NCBI GenBank assembly: GCA_043799675.1
Contig: JAZDNN010000026.1
Location: 1 to 35,453, forward strand
Length of the DNA stretch: 35,453 nucleotides
From: Candidatus Aenigmatarchaeota archaeon
GTDB lineage: Archaea > Aenigmatarchaeota > Aenigmatarchaeia > Aenigmatarchaeales > JACQIB01
Reading direction: 5' to 3'
Shown piece by piece: positions 9,306 through 19,597 of the stretch (position 1 is its first letter; each line of letters starts with the position of its first letter). The position numbers were made by a program, and so were the translations under genes. The notes below the pieces were generated by a model. That model made no database searches. It had not been told where the DNA came from and was given only the letters and a program-made list of their open reading frames with translations.

Positions 9306-12300
9306 TCAATCGAACCTGTCGTGAATTTCTCTCAGCCTGAATGCCCATGCGTTCTGATCGGCATTATAATTTTGTATCTCATCGAGTGCCTGATTCAGAA
9401 TCGTACGGGAAAATCTCTTGTTCGCTTTGAACAGCTTCTTTCCAGGGGGGTATGATGAAAGGCACGCGGCCGCGGATTTCAATGCCATCTGCGACAGTCC
9501 CAGGTTCACTTCCATCCTGTTGCTCGGATGGTTCTGGTCCCTTTCGGACATGTTTTTGGAAAGCAGGTCCGTGTACATTTTCGCAACATCCCCAAGAGGA
9601 ACGGTGTCCGTATTCAGTGCAGCATGTGCTGCCAATATTTCTGGTTCCATATCCGTAGAGTATCTTATTTTCGGCAATTGTCTGACGGCTTCGCAGAACT
9701 GTTCATTGCGATCCTTCTTCCGTTTCTGCCATGCCCGGCCCTCCTGATATGCTCCTGCAGCCAACCCGAAGCCGAGAACAACACCCGAAGCGGGCAACCA
9801 GTTGGCGGCCAGGTAATCCGTGACCGGCTGCAGTCTGAATGGGGTGTCAAAGGTGGCATCGGCGGAAATCGCCCATGCGGCGGCCGCGGAACCCCATGTT
9901 GCAAACGCAGATGCGGCATAACCCCCTTGCGTGTCGCTCTTCCCGTTGCTTTCACGCCTTTTTCCGAGTTCCAGCAGACCGTACCCCAGACCCATGAGAC
10001 CGACAGATGCCCCCAAACCGGATGCGAGGTACTGCCACGGGGGTCTGGTGTATGCCCAATCAACCGTTTCCTGCCAGAACGACGGGCCTGGCGGAACGGG
10101 CGGCTTCTCGGCCGTCAAGTTCAGGCCGACGGTCTTGTTAATCATGACCCTTCCATCGCTTGCGGTGAAAGTCATCAGTTTGTCCTCAAAGTCGTAGAAC
10201 CGGCCCTGGGCATAGAGATCGCCATTCTGCTTGTAAAGATAGACGCTTCTTGAGCCGCTGGAAATCTTCGTGACGACCTCGTTTTCCTCAAAATAAGGGA
10301 AATCCGGCGTCGCAAGCAGACCATAGGTCACGGCATCATGGTCCGCGTCGGTCGCCTTTATCCTAGTTATCTTGAAAGGTTCCTTGAAGTCCATGTAAGT
10401 GAAGTTTTCACCCCAGCTGTTATCCGTTATGATGCAGCTCTTGGGCACCGATTTCTTTATCCTGTCCGACAGACCGGAAAACGCGGGAGCCTTGTTAGAG
10501 GCTATTATTTGCAGCAAAATTTTCTGATCATTACGACTATACTTATCGATGGCGCTGTAAGTGACGTTATAGAAACCTTCATCCGATCTTTTCGGAGTAA
10601 AGCTTATCTTACCCGTTTTTTTGTCAACCGCGTAGGTCAGAATACCATTGGCATATGCTTCATAGGTATCACCTTCAAAATCCGTTATTGCAGGCGTAAC
10701 GACCAGCTTTTTCCCCGAATATAAGGTCAGATTGGGCGGCAGACCTGTTATTTCCGGAGGGGAATTCCTCAGGATATTCAAATTGAGTTTTGCGATGCCG
10801 GGGTTCCCGTGTATGTCGGTCGCCGTTATGTCGATGTCATGAAGACCTACCTGACTGTTGTCGGGCATGAAAGATATCTCCCCGGTTCTGTCGTTGATCC
10901 AGAACGCATGTTCCAGGCCGTCGCCGGCGTATGTTACGGTGAACGAGTCTCCTTCCGGATCGATGATAATCGGTTTAAAACCGAAAGACCTTCCGACGCG
11001 TGCCTCCGCATAGGAAAGGAAACCGCTTATCTCCGGCGGGGAGTTCTTTATGATGTTAAGGGTGGTCTTAACGGTCGAACTGCCGCCTCCACTATCGGTG
11101 GCGGTTATGCTCATCGGATAGGTGCCTGCCTCGCTGTTGTCCGGAATGAAGTAGACCTCCCCGTTCCGAGGGTTCATCCTGTCCTTCAGTATTCCGTCCA
11201 CTGTCACATTGAAAGGGTCACTTTCCGGATCCGTAACGTTCGGTTTGAAACTGAACGGTTTATAGGCATAAGCGATGAGGTTCGCCAGAACGCCCGATAT
11301 TTCCGGCGGCATGTTATCCAGGACATCCAGTTTTATAGGGACACCGCTGCCGGACTTCCCATAGACATCGGTAGGGAAAACGTTAAACATACGGCTTCCG
11401 ATATGGCTGCTGTTCGGGGTGAATCTCAGCTCTCCGGTATCCGGATCCATGGCGTTTTCCATAACGCCGTCGGCATGAACTTTGACCTTGTCTCCGTCCG
11501 GGTCGAATGTATTGAACTTGTAGTAAAGGAGTTTGTTCACCTTTCCCTGCAGAGATTGCGGGGCGTTGGATATGACCGGCGGATTATTCTGGGTCACAAT
11601 CATCTCGGACTGTCCGGTCGCGGAGTTCCCATAATCATCGATCACGGTGATCTTGAAAGGGAACGTCCCGACCTGATTGGGCGTAAACGATATGATACCG
11701 GAATACCTGTCTATGTCGAACAACGGGCTGTCATCGGAGAAATAAACCGGTCCCGACGGATTGCTGGCTGAGACCGGCTGCGAGAAGAACGGGTGGCTTT
11801 CCACGACGTCAAATCTGGCTGGCGGGAACACCTGCGGCATCCACTTGTCCAGCTCCATCATGTAAATGTCCTTGTTCTGCGCCCAGACTATACGATTGCC
11901 ATAGATACGAGGATGGCTTATATCCGGCTTATCCTGAAGCAGAAGGGTCTTCTCCTTAGTATCCAGATTCACAAGGTAGGTGCCATTGAAGTTGGTATTC
12001 AGAATCACTTGCCTCTGGTACATGTCGATGTCGCATGTGTCGTTGGTCAGGTTGACATCACTGTCCACCTTATCAGTCGCCGTGTTGTAAAGCCTGTAAA
12101 CGCCCGGATCCAATCCGTCTCTGTGATATATCGCGAAATCCTTGCACATCGAAACCTCGTTGTTACAGTTATAGTTCTCGGTGACGTCGTTGGTATCATT
12201 CTTGTAAACATCCGACCAGTATACATCTTGGTAAAGCGTACTGCCAAACAGACCGGTCACCCAGTGTTCCTTGGAAAAAACGAGCTTCTTTTCCCAAATG

Positions 12301-13397
12301 TCCGCACCCTTGATCATGGAATAACTAGGTGATAATTTAGAACAAAGCAGTTTCGTAGGCGAAAACTCGTCGTCGCATTCATAGCATCTTATTGCTCCGC
12401 TCGTACCGTCCGAGTAACCGATGACCTTATCGAAAAAAAGGACCTCACTGACAGGATTGTTACCCGTGGTATTGAATATCCTTCTTTCGGTACCGGTAGA
12501 AATATTCTTCATCCAGATCCCCCAGTTGCCGTTGTCATTGCGTGCAAAGGCCACCTTGTCCTCCCAAACGGTCGGCAGAAGGTCATCGGCAGAAGAGTTG
12601 ATTATTTGCGTAATCGGGTGCAGCATGTCGAACGGCAGGCTGTAATCATACAGTTCCGGATTGACTCCGGCCCTTTCGGATGCATACCCTTCGGGCTTCT
12701 CTTTCAAAGATTCGCTGTGGTTCAAGTCGTGACCGCCTGCCATCCCGGCAAAAGCAGTAATGCCCATGATTCCCGCGGCACCGACAGCCAAAGCGACATT
12801 CTTCCATCTGTCCGGTTTCGGTTCCTGTTCAACTTCTATGCTGTCGGCCTTCGCCTGCTTCAGTCCACCGTTATAGGTTACAAGGGTCGCCATCATCTGA
12901 AGTAACGGGTTGTTGGGTTGGGCCGCCGCAATGTCCTTTGCAAAGGACAGACATTCCTTTGACCGATCGGATGCGCTTTCCTTCAACACCTTATCGCAAT
13001 CCGCGTTTATTGCCCGCGTGTAGGATTCCGAGAACCCGTCCATATGCCTGTTCAACCAGTCAATGTTGTCCTTGTAACCGAAGACGCCCCTGTCTCTCTC
13101 CCAGACGGCCGCCGAAAGGTCCAAAGAATCGTTCAAAATATCGTTACCGTTGTACCTGATGGAATCCTTTTCAGGGATGAACTTGGCAGCCAGTCCAGGT
13201 TCCTCTGCTTTTACAGTATCATACGCTTCCAAGAATTTCCGCATTTCCGCACTGCTCGCATAGGATTCCATGACAGCTTTCCGTCTGGTTTCGTAGGCGG
13301 TTTTTCCGGTCGATTGGGCCCACGGGACCGGATGCCGGTCCTGAGACTCCGTAACACGGCCGGTTGTTCCTTTCATATTCCCACGCTCGGAATTCAT
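9306..13397 (-). CDS. Large membrane-anchored surface protein: cytoplasmic N-domain, TM, beta-propeller, cadherin/Ig-like repeats, C-terminal hydrophobic helices (paralog A)
   Basis: ATG 13397 overlaps the upstream stop (ATGA). Hydrophobic segment VALAVGAAGIMGITAFAG; propeller-like motifs (PRIYGNRIVW..DIYM); repeated NxPPxI..DPxGD..TGEI.FxP..G...I.ATD; three Gly/Ala-rich hydrophobic segments near the C-terminus. Confidence 0.85.
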   Translation of the reverse strand: MNSERGNMKGTTGRVTESQDRHPVPWAQSTGKTAYETRRKAVMESYASSAEMRKFLEAYDTVKAEEPGLAAKFIPEKDSIRYNGNDILNDSLDLSAAVWERDRGVFGYKDNIDWLNRHMDGFSESYTRAINADCDKVLKESASDRSKECLSFAKDIAAAQPNNPLLQMMATLVTYNGGLKQAKADSIEVEQEPKPDRWKNVALAVGAAGIMGITAFAGMAGGHDLNHSESLKEKPEGYASERAGVNPELYDYSLPFDMLHPITQIINSSADDLLPTVWEDKVAFARNDNGNWGIWMKNISTGTERRIFNTTGNNPVSEVLFFDKVIGYSDGTSGAIRCYECDDEFSPTKLLCSKLSPSYSMIKGADIWEKKLVFSKEHWVTGLFGSTLYQDVYWSDVYKNDTNDVTENYNCNNEVSMCKDFAIYHRDGLDPGVYRLYNTATDKVDSDVNLTNDTCDIDMYQRQVILNTNFNGTYLVNLDTKEKTLLLQDKPDISHPRIYGNRIVWAQNKDIYMMELDKWMPQVFPPARFDVVESHPFFSQPVSASNPSGPVYFSDDSPLFDIDRYSGIISFTPNQVGTFPFKITVIDDYGNSATGQSEMIVTQNNPPVISNAPQSLQGKVNKLLYYKFNTFDPDGDKVKVHADGVMENAMDPDTGELRFTPNSSHIGSRMFNVFPTDVYGKSGSGVPIKLDVLDNMPPEISGVLANLIAYAYKPFSFKPNVTDPESDPFNVTVDGILKDRMNPRNGEVYFIPDNSEAGTYPMSITATDSGGGSSTVKTTLNIIKNSPPEISGFLSYAEARVGRSFGFKPIIIDPEGDSFTVTYAGDGLEHAFWINDRTGEISFMPDNSQVGLHDIDITATDIHGNPGIAKLNLNILRNSPPEITGLPPNLTLYSGKKLVVTPAITDFEGDTYEAYANGILTYAVDKKTGKISFTPKRSDEGFYNVTYSAIDKYSRNDQKILLQIIASNKAPAFSGLSDRIKKSVPKSCIITDNSWGENFTYMDFKEPFKITRIKATDADHDAVTYGLLATPDFPYFEENEVVTKISSGSRSVYLYKQNGDLYAQGRFYDFEDKLMTFTASDGRVMINKTVGLNLTAEKPPVPPGPSFWQETVDWAYTRPPWQYLASGLGASVGLMGLGYGLLELGKRRESNGKSDTQGGYAASAFATWGSAAAAWAISADATFDTPFRLQPVTDYLAANWLPASGVVLGFGLAAGAYQEGRAWQKRKKDRNEQFCEAVRQLPKIRYSTDMEPEILAAHAALNTDTVPLGDVAKMYTDLLSKNMSERDQNHPSNRMEVNLGLSQMALKSAAACLSSYPPGKKLFKANKRFSRTILNQALDEIQNYNADQNAWAFRLREIHDRFD

Positions 13398-16300
13398 CCG
13401 TGCTTCTCGTATATTTCCTTCAGACTGTTTGCCCACGCCTTTTGTTCTGGCGTCATGCTGTTTTCATGTTCAAACGCCTGCATGAGGGCCTCACGGGAGA
13501 TCTTTTTGAACTTTTTGAGCATTTTTTGATCCGATGCGGAAGCCGAGATTTCATCGGATACGTGCGCCTTTCCGAGCAAGGCTTCGATGTCTTTCTTGTC
13601 ATTATCGATTCTGCATTGATAATTATCCAATACCTTGACGCGGCTTATGCCCTTGTTGTTCAGTTCCGCATGAATTTTTGATATTTCAGGGTCACTGGAG
13701 ATGTCATATGGAATGCTAGGAAGGGTCTTTACAGCCCTTGCCCGCTCCTCGTTCTTCCGGTCACGCCACTTCAAGACGTCCTTCGCTCCTTTGTAACCGC
13801 CGATTCCCAATAAGGGGATTGAACCCACCAGCAGGCCGGATTTGCACAATTCCGAATTGGAGAGGAAGATGTCCTTGGCGGATGCCAAAGCGTTCATGGT
13901 TTCAGCCGGAAAGGTGGCCGCGGTTCCTATCGTTGACAGCGTTCCGAGGACTGCCGTGGCCATTGCACGGTTCCTGGTCCCGATATCATTCTCAAATGCA
14001 TTCCATACCGAACGGAGATATTGATGACTCTCCATGTACTCGTTTCTCTTCCTGCGCGTCGCGTAGCTGGCACCCAGAGTCGCCGCCCAGCCGGTCGCGA
14101 GCGTCATCTGCCACCAATTGCTTCCGAGCCAGTTAGAAGCGGACTGAGATGCCGGTTCGGAATTTTTCGTTATGTTTTCAAAAGTAACGTAAAACGGCTC
14201 CGAATACACGTCTTCCATCCCGTCACTTATCTTTGCATTTAATTCTATCATTTTATTTGGACTAAAAACCTTTCTATACAATGATATGGTTCCATTATGT
14301 ATAGAATCAATATTTCTCATGGATACTGACGCGTTTTCTTCCCAAAATCCAATAAGATAATCCAATACGTCTCCGTCTTCATCCGTAGCATTTACCTGTA
14401 TGGGTAATAAATTTTCACCGGTTTTGGCCCTGTAAACCGGTTTTCCATCATACATTCCGCTATTCGGCGAAGTCATGGACACTATCGTTGGCCGATGGTT
14501 CTTTGAAATGTTTATCTCAACCGGCTTGAAGACGGCGAAATGACCGTCGGTGACGCCGACATAATAATAACTGAAAATTCTCGGACTGTAATATGGCTCA
14601 ACATTTTCGAACGTTATAATTTCCCCGGTCTTATTGTCAATGGAGAAATACGAGGGATCGTCCCAATTTCTCCAATGCGACCATGCCGATGCATTATCGG
14701 TATCACTCAAATCGAACATATCTACCGGACTGCTTCCGTGCCAGTAACTCGGCCTTGTGCTTTTCATGAAATACGTCAACGTATCATTATCGTCATCTTT
14801 TGCCGTGATATTTCCGATTCTGGTATCGGGTGGAACAATGGATTCATAGGATTTTATCCTCAGTTTCAACTGCGATATCTCATCAAACACGGGCGGATGG
14901 TTTGTTTGATTGGTAGTCCCGTTAGTGGATGTCACGTTTGTCTCGTTCGGTAGCGTCACATTTATCTCGCTTTCCTTCAGGACATCCAGCATCATGTTTG
15001 CAATGCTTTCCGCCCCGTATTGATCCCGTGCACGGAATGTGATGTTGTGTCTGCCTATATCGGCCTGTGTTGGCGTGTAGTTGACGTATCCGGTTTTCCT
15101 GTCTGTGGCATTGGCCAGAATGCCATTTGTGAATACTTCAAATGCGTCCTTATCGGGGTCCGTGATATTTGGCATCAGTTGTAACGGCTTGTTTGCATGA
15201 GCGGTTATGTTTCTCGGTATTCCGTTGATTATAGGTGGGTTATTTTTCAGGACTTCCAGAATCACGTTGACCGTGCTTTCGGCATCATAGATATCCTTGG
15301 CACGGAACGTTATGTTATGTATACCGATGTCGGATGTCATCGGCGTATAGTTTACTTCCCCCGTTTTCCTGTCAGTTACGTTGGCAAGTATGTCGCTTGC
15401 ATAGACTTCGAACGGATCATTTTCCGGATCGGATATGTTCGGCATGAAATGGAGCTGTTTGCCTAGCCTGATCGTCATGTTTTCCGGCATATTGATCATA
15501 GGCGCCGTGTTATCGCGTATGAAATCTATGTAATATTCTTTGGTCGCCAGATTGTTATCGTTGTCTGCTATGGTAATGTTAAAATATTGCCTTCCTGAAA
15601 GGCTCCGATTTGTATATACGCTGAAACCGGATTCGGGCTCAGGTGGCATAATTTTAAACAGCGGATTGTCGATTGAAATTATCTTCAACGCATCACTGTC
15701 AGGATCGCTGGCAAAATTTTTAATGTAATATGCCCGATTAGAATCGGGCCAGTCATGTATCGTATCGAAAGGTGTCTTGTTTATCAGCTGGGGCATCCAT
15801 TTGTCCAGTTTCATCCTATACAGGTCGCTCTGGCCGCCGCTCCAATTGTTGTACTCGCTCCAGATGAGCTGTTTGTCGTCGAGCGCCGGTCTCGTATAGG
15901 TGAAGTTTCTAAATCCGGTTTCTCCCAGCTTGGTCCCGTTGATGTCGCATAACATGATTCTTGGCGGAATGGTATTTTCTATGAGCGCTAGAGTGTCACC
16001 GTTCAATGACAGATGACTTCCCCGAATATCCGGGATGATGTTTGTTTTGTTAGCCAAATAGTCAGATTGATCATATTTGAGCGGGTCCAGGCTCATATTG
16101 AGGTATTTCACGACCGGACCCGGATATTCGGACCATACCACATGATTACCGCTTATTGTAAGGTCCTTGCTCTTGTTTGAGATATCTAATCCCCAATTAC
16201 AGGGAATCACGTTTTGGTTTGTTATTGGGTCGTAGAATACAAGAATTCGCGTCCATAAGGTATCTTGCCAATCCATTATGCAGCCGGTTGTATTTTTATA

Positions 16301-17377
16301 AACAGTAGGAGAAAAATTATATCTTACACCCAAGGTTTCGTTCCACGTGTCCAAAGTTTCATCAGTAAGTATGTCCCTTGTCAACATCTGTTCGCATTTT
16401 TCCATGGGAAACGGGGGGTTCATACGGCCATACATGTATATGTTGGGGCCTAAGCTTAATCCATCTGTTTCGTTCATGAAAACTGGTTTTTCAACGGTGG
16501 AGTTGGTTTTCAGGCTCCTAAGCATTATTTTTAGGGTATCGTTCGTCAACCCTTGATCCGAGCCGTACATCAGCATGTCCCCGTTCAATGCGGGAGTTGT
16601 CTCGTTCCAAGGCGTATTCGTGAGCCTTTCCATCGGATGCAACTGATCCAGCGTCTTATTGTAATCATACAGTTCCGGATTGGTCCCGACCGGTTCTGCA
16701 TTCCTTCCATGGTCGGCAACATCCCTGTGCTCGGGAGTATCATGGCCGCCTGCCATTCCTGCAGCACCACCAAAGACCATCAGTCCTGCCGCGCCGGCCG
16801 CAACGGCAACCTTGCCTATGCTTGACCACATGCTTTCCTCGACTTTTTCGGTTTCGACCTTGATGCCGTCTGCCTTCCTTTCCTTGAGGCCGCCGGAATA
16901 GGCGACCAGGGCGGTCATCATCTGCATCAGAGGGTTGCCCGGTTGCGCAGCGGCCGCGTCCTTGGCCCAGCTCATCCGTTCCTTCGCGTCTTCCGTGATC
17001 CATTGCTTCATGGAACGGTCGCAGTCCTTTGCCATGACATCCGTGTAGGCTTCTGAGAAGCCGTCAACATACTTTGAAAGCCAAGCGACGTTGTCGTGTT
17101 TATCGAATATTCCGTTATCCCTTTCCCATATGGCGGTCGAAAGGTCCAGGGAATCGTTCAACAGGTCGTTGCCTTCGTATACGATTGCATCCTTTCCCGG
17201 CACGAACTTCCTTGCCAGTTCCGGCTCCTCTTCAGAAAGCTTTTGGTAGAAAGTTCCGAACTTTTCCATCGCCCTGCGATCGAGATAGGTTGTTATCCTC
17301 GCCGCCCGAGGAGTGTAAAGAGGCAAATCGACCTTCCCATCGCCCCTTTCCGCCTGTTCTGATATGCCAGCGGACAT
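13394..17377 (-). CDS. Large membrane-anchored surface protein, same architecture (paralog B)
   Basis: N-domain strongly similar to paralog A (GNDLLNDSLDLSTAIWERD vs GNDILNDSLDLSAAVWERD); shared GMAGGHD, NPELYDY and LDKWMPQ; cadherin-like repeats; many N-X-S/T sequons. Confidence 0.85.
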   Translation of the reverse strand: MSAGISEQAERGDGKVDLPLYTPRAARITTYLDRRAMEKFGTFYQKLSEEEPELARKFVPGKDAIVYEGNDLLNDSLDLSTAIWERDNGIFDKHDNVAWLSKYVDGFSEAYTDVMAKDCDRSMKQWITEDAKERMSWAKDAAAAQPGNPLMQMMTALVAYSGGLKERKADGIKVETEKVEESMWSSIGKVAVAAGAAGLMVFGGAAGMAGGHDTPEHRDVADHGRNAEPVGTNPELYDYNKTLDQLHPMERLTNTPWNETTPALNGDMLMYGSDQGLTNDTLKIMLRSLKTNSTVEKPVFMNETDGLSLGPNIYMYGRMNPPFPMEKCEQMLTRDILTDETLDTWNETLGVRYNFSPTVYKNTTGCIMDWQDTLWTRILVFYDPITNQNVIPCNWGLDISNKSKDLTISGNHVVWSEYPGPVVKYLNMSLDPLKYDQSDYLANKTNIIPDIRGSHLSLNGDTLALIENTIPPRIMLCDINGTKLGETGFRNFTYTRPALDDKQLIWSEYNNWSGGQSDLYRMKLDKWMPQLINKTPFDTIHDWPDSNRAYYIKNFASDPDSDALKIISIDNPLFKIMPPEPESGFSVYTNRSLSGRQYFNITIADNDNNLATKEYYIDFIRDNTAPMINMPENMTIRLGKQLHFMPNISDPENDPFEVYASDILANVTDRKTGEVNYTPMTSDIGIHNITFRAKDIYDAESTVNVILEVLKNNPPIINGIPRNITAHANKPLQLMPNITDPDKDAFEVFTNGILANATDRKTGYVNYTPTQADIGRHNITFRARDQYGAESIANMMLDVLKESEINVTLPNETNVTSTNGTTNQTNHPPVFDEISQLKLRIKSYESIVPPDTRIGNITAKDDDNDTLTYFMKSTRPSYWHGSSPVDMFDLSDTDNASAWSHWRNWDDPSYFSIDNKTGEIITFENVEPYYSPRIFSYYYVGVTDGHFAVFKPVEINISKNHRPTIVSMTSPNSGMYDGKPVYRAKTGENLLPIQVNATDEDGDVLDYLIGFWEENASVSMRNIDSIHNGTISLYRKVFSPNKMIELNAKISDGMEDVYSEPFYVTFENITKNSEPASQSASNWLGSNWWQMTLATGWAATLGASYATRRKRNEYMESHQYLRSVWNAFENDIGTRNRAMATAVLGTLSTIGTAATFPAETMNALASAKDIFLSNSELCKSGLLVGSIPLLGIGGYKGAKDVLKWRDRKNEERARAVKTLPSIPYDISSDPEISKIHAELNNKGISRVKVLDNYQCRIDNDKKDIEALLGKAHVSDEISASASDQKMLKKFKKISREALMQAFEHENSMTPEQKAWANSLKEIYEKHG

Positions 17378-17519
17378 GCAAATACTATTATACCGAAAAC
17401 CTTATAATGTGACTGTCTTCAGTTCGCTGAAAAGCGATACAGCATGTGAGGAGAAGTTAAGGCAGTTGCGTTCAGATTCATTATAGTCCCTCTTCCCAGC
17501 AATGATTGTCAGTGATTAA
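17378..17519. promoter_or_regulatory. Divergent promoter region between the surface-protein pair and the ESCRT-like cluster
   Basis: TATA-like TTATAA at 17402-17407 (about 25 nt before the minus-strand ATG) and TTATAG at 17481-17486 (before the plus-strand ATG). Confidence 0.45.
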
Positions 17520-18383
17520 ATGAGTTGGTCAGTATTGAGGAAGAAAAGGGACAGCGTCCCGCCGGGGACCGTCGAGACTAAGATAAGGGACGGCCAGGCG
17601 GTGGACAGCGTCACATGGCCCAAGAAAGGGGTAGTTTACACTCGAGCAGGGACCCTCCACATCCCCATGGCGGTCAGGACATCTGACAACCGGAACAGGG
17701 TCGGTGACTGCGTGGTGAAGTATGAAACGGTGGATCCCGTCAAGGCAATGAAATGGCTGGGTGAATTCGGGAACGATTATGTCCTGGCAACCGGCAGCAT
17801 GGAAGGGGATCTGGCGTACGAGGCGCAGGCCAAGATAGTACCCCCGTTATCCAAATACAATTTTGACGAGCTCCCGGAAAAAAGGATTGAAACGGAGGCG
17901 CTGGCACGGAAGGAATTCGGGAAGGCGTTCGCGCGCGGCGGTATGCGAGTTTATGACATTTTCACCGTATGGGGTGAGATGAAAGAGGAAATACGGGAAG
18001 ACAGGCTGAAACCCATAGTTTCCGAGCTGGAAAGGCTCGACCGAAAGGCCGGACATATAAGCGAGATTGAGAAGAAACTGAACGGATTGCAGGAGGAAGT
18101 ATACGCGATGAAAATAGCCGGACGGAAGGAGCCTGAAACAAGGGAAACACTCATATCGGAAAAAGCGCCTGAAAATGAAAGCCCGACCCCGTTGGCCGAG
18201 GCGTTGCTTGAGGCCGGAAGCGATCAGGAAATACGCAAGCTGGCCAGAGACGAGGCGGAGAAATACGTGATGCTCAACCCGCGGTACAGCATGGGCGGGA
18301 CGAATATGACCGGACAATGGATAGACACGTTCACGAGCGTGTTCTACAACGCAATGAGAGGTGCCAAAGATGGAACCTACTAG
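17520..18383 (+). CDS. SPFH/band-7-like domain plus coiled-coil protein, no TM segment
   Basis: VRTSDN..GDCVVKYETVDPVKA ... LSKYNFDELPEKR ... FARGGMRVYDI parallels the SPFH consensus (T.DN..V..V.Y.I.DP..A ... LDEL...R ... GV.V.DV); a coiled coil follows. Confidence 0.55.
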   Translation: MSWSVLRKKRDSVPPGTVETKIRDGQAVDSVTWPKKGVVYTRAGTLHIPMAVRTSDNRNRVGDCVVKYETVDPVKAMKWLGEFGNDYVLATGSMEGDLAYEAQAKIVPPLSKYNFDELPEKRIETEALARKEFGKAFARGGMRVYDIFTVWGEMKEEIREDRLKPIVSELERLDRKAGHISEIEKKLNGLQEEVYAMKIAGRKEPETRETLISEKAPENESPTPLAEALLEAGSDQEIRKLARDEAEKYVMLNPRYSMGGTNMTGQWIDTFTSVFYNAMRGAKDGTY

Positions 18384-19560
18384 CGTCATCGGCACCATGC
18401 AGCAGGCCGCCAGCGGGGCAAAGAGCATCTATTCACTGTGGGATATTTACAAAAGCAAGAAAATCGACCGTGCCGAAAGGGCGGCATTCAAGAGGGACGT
18501 GACTGACCTGGACGGGATGATAGGGGAGGCACAAAACAGGATATACGATACCCCCGATTGGAAGCCCAAATGGTATGCGCTCGAGAACGCGAGAACGGCA
18601 TTGTATGAGCTCGAGACCGAAGTAGATAGGCTTCCGGAAAAGAAGCTCACGCTCAAGGAAATGGCATTAGGTTGGAAGGACAAGGCAAGGGAAACGATGG
18701 TTGCGAGGAAGTGTGTCAAACCGCTCAGGTTAACCCTGAGAGCGACAGACAAGGAAACCAGTCAGGGAGAAACAGAGATAATACCGGCCTACATAACCAC
18801 CCTGAGCGAGGCGCTCCGGGACAAAGAAGAAAGCGTGGAAGAGTATGTGCGGAAGTTCGAGACCCAGCACGAAGGCACAAAAATCGCCGATTTCTCCAAG
18901 GAGAACCGGGCAAGGCTGTTTGCCGGTCAGTCTGGCGGAATGGCGGCCGATTCCGATGTAGTGGCCTACGTCTCCTCCTGCTATGACAAGATATACAGGT
19001 CACCCCCGGATTGGGTATCCTTCCCGAAAGGAAGATACTTCGAAGAGTTGACCGCAGGACCGGCGAAATGCTCAAAGAACAGGACGGAGGCACGCTGCGG
19101 CAGCTGGGGAATAGACAGGGTCGTGTTCGACTGGAAGTACAACAAACTGCCAAAGCCGCGAGAGATAGCCGCGGAAGCCGCCAGCGCGCGCAGGTGGGGC
19201 TGGTTGAGGATATCCTGCATGGTCGCCAACAAATTCGACCAGCAACAGAAGGACTTCATAGCCAGCTACTCGAACCCGGGACTTTTGCTGTTCGCAAGGG
19301 AGACGGACACCAAGACCACCATAACGAACAACAGTCCGGTGAACCTTGCATTCCTTCCATATTTCACGGACTATGGCAAGCCCGAAGGGCTCATGACTGT
19401 CCTTCAGAAAAACAGCCAGAAATCGGCATACGGAACACCGGAATTGACAAAAGGGACCTTTCAAAAGCTCGGTTTCGGCGATGTGCAGACGGCCAAGCTT
19501 GAATCGAAAGAAATGATACTCCCAATCGAACCAGGAAAATGGATGCTGGGAGTTGCATAA
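18370..19560 (+). CDS. Hypothetical protein: N-terminal helical bundle plus putative restriction-endonuclease-like C-domain
   Basis: RBS GAGGTG before ATG 18370; overlaps the previous gene. VVFDWK...ISCMVANKF..QKDFIA...LLLF resembles the Mrr-like fold pattern. Confidence 0.6.
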   Translation: MEPTSVIGTMQQAASGAKSIYSLWDIYKSKKIDRAERAAFKRDVTDLDGMIGEAQNRIYDTPDWKPKWYALENARTALYELETEVDRLPEKKLTLKEMALGWKDKARETMVARKCVKPLRLTLRATDKETSQGETEIIPAYITTLSEALRDKEESVEEYVRKFETQHEGTKIADFSKENRARLFAGQSGGMAADSDVVAYVSSCYDKIYRSPPDWVSFPKGRYFEELTAGPAKCSKNRTEARCGSWGIDRVVFDWKYNKLPKPREIAAEAASARRWGWLRISCMVANKFDQQQKDFIASYSNPGLLLFARETDTKTTITNNSPVNLAFLPYFTDYGKPEGLMTVLQKNSQKSAYGTPELTKGTFQKLGFGDVQTAKLESKEMILPIEPGKWMLGVA

Positions 19561-19597
19561 TCATGCGAATACATGAAAAACAAAAGGAGGTGAAAAA

